From Eledone cirrhosa (taxonomy: Eukaryota): 64,000 nucleotides of DNA. The translations under genes and the position numbers were made by a program. Positions 63,101-64,000 of the stretch are shown here, in pieces; the stretch's first letter is position 1, and each line of letters starts with the position of its first letter. The stretch lies in NCBI GenBank assembly GCA_964016885.1, contig OZ024741.1, positions 21,700,001 to 21,764,000 of the forward strand, written 5' to 3'. The notes beneath the pieces were generated by a model. That model saw only the letters and a list, made by a program, of their open reading frames with translations. It was not told where the DNA came from and did no database searches.

Positions 63101-64000
63101 AGTTCCAATCCCACCGAGAGAATGTCTCCTAGTATTAGTTCTGGTTCTCTGCTTTCTCAGTTCCAATCCCACCGAGAGATTGTCTCCTAGTATTAATTCT
63201 GGTTCTTTGCTTTCTCAGTTCCAATCCCACCGAGAGATTGTCTCCTAGCATTAGTTCTGGTTCTCTGCTTTCTCAGTTTCAATCCCACCGAGAGATTGTC
63301 TCCTAGTATTAGTTCTGGTTCTCTGCTTTCTCAGTTCCAATCCCACCGAGAGATTGTCTCCTAGTATTAGTTCTGGTTCTCTGCTCTCTCAATTCCAATC
63401 CCACTGAGAGAATGTCTCCTAGTATTAGTTCTGGTTCTCTGCTTTCTCAGTTCCAATCCCACCGAGAGAGTGTCTTCTAGTATTAGTTCTGGTTCTCTGC
63501 TTTCTCAGTTCAAATCCCACCGAGAGAATGTCTTCTAGTATTAGTTCTGGTTCTCTGCTTTCTCAGTTCAAATCCCACCGAGAGATTGTCTCCTGATATT
63601 AGTTCTGGTACTCTGCTTTCTCAGTTCCAATCCCACCAAGAGAATGTCTCCTAGTATTAGTTCTTGTTCTCTGCTCTGTCAGTTCAAATGCCACCGAGAG
63701 TATGTCTCCTAGTATTAGTTCTGGTACTCTGCTTTCTCAGTTCCAATCCCACCGAGAGAGTGTCTTCTAGTATTAGTTCTGGTTCTCTGCTTTCTCAGTT
63801 CCAATCCCACCGAGAGAATGTCTCCTAATATTAGTTCTGGTTCTCTGCTTTCTCAGTTCCAATCCCACCGAGAAATTGTCTCCTAGTATTAGTTCTGGTT
63901 CTCTGCTTTCTCAGTTCCAATCCCACCGAGAGATTGTCTCCTCGTATTAGTTCTGGTTCTCTGCTTTCTCAGTTCCAATCCCACCGAGAGATTGTCTCCT
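27106..64000. repeat. 58-bp satellite array (>36.8 kb, ~635 copies, open at the window end), derived from the SINE B-box region
   Basis: Consensus A(A/T)TGTCTCCTAGTATTAGTTCTGGTTCTCTGCT(C/T)TCTCAGTTCCAATCCCACCGAGAG, head-to-tail with no interruption seen. Confidence 0.98.

Noticed and set aside
27106-64000. CRISPR array or coding repeat (ORFs 53088 and 55292)
   Set aside because: There are no unique spacers or cas genes and the context is eukaryotic. The 58-bp unit is not a multiple of 3, and the short ORFs arise from chance loss of stops in a duplicated block.

Overview
Gene-poor, AT-rich, microsatellite-dense animal DNA. The dominant tRNA-derived SINE and the RTE and mariner-type repeats look like those of octopod cephalopods (inference from recognition; no database search was run). 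No host protein-coding gene is supported: the long ORFs are translations of tandem repeats or decayed LINE fragments. Bases 1-27 kb are a mosaic of SINEs, two internally deleted RTE-clade LINEs, a Helitron, a solo LTR, MITEs and minisatellites. Bases 27.1-64 kb are one 58-bp satellite with variable higher-order structure. Two themes stand out. (1) There are at least seven type I hammerhead ribozyme motifs with an intact core, plus several decayed ones. They belong to several unrelated Penelope-like/retrozyme-like units whose 3' tails end in (TA)n/(CA)n tracts. One is a 560-nt ORF-less unit whose 5' boundary lies 3 nt from the predicted self-cleavage site. (2) Both large satellites derive from adjacent parts of the same SINE Pol III promoter: the 45-bp array multimerises the A-box segment and the 37-kb 58-bp array multimerises the B-box segment.
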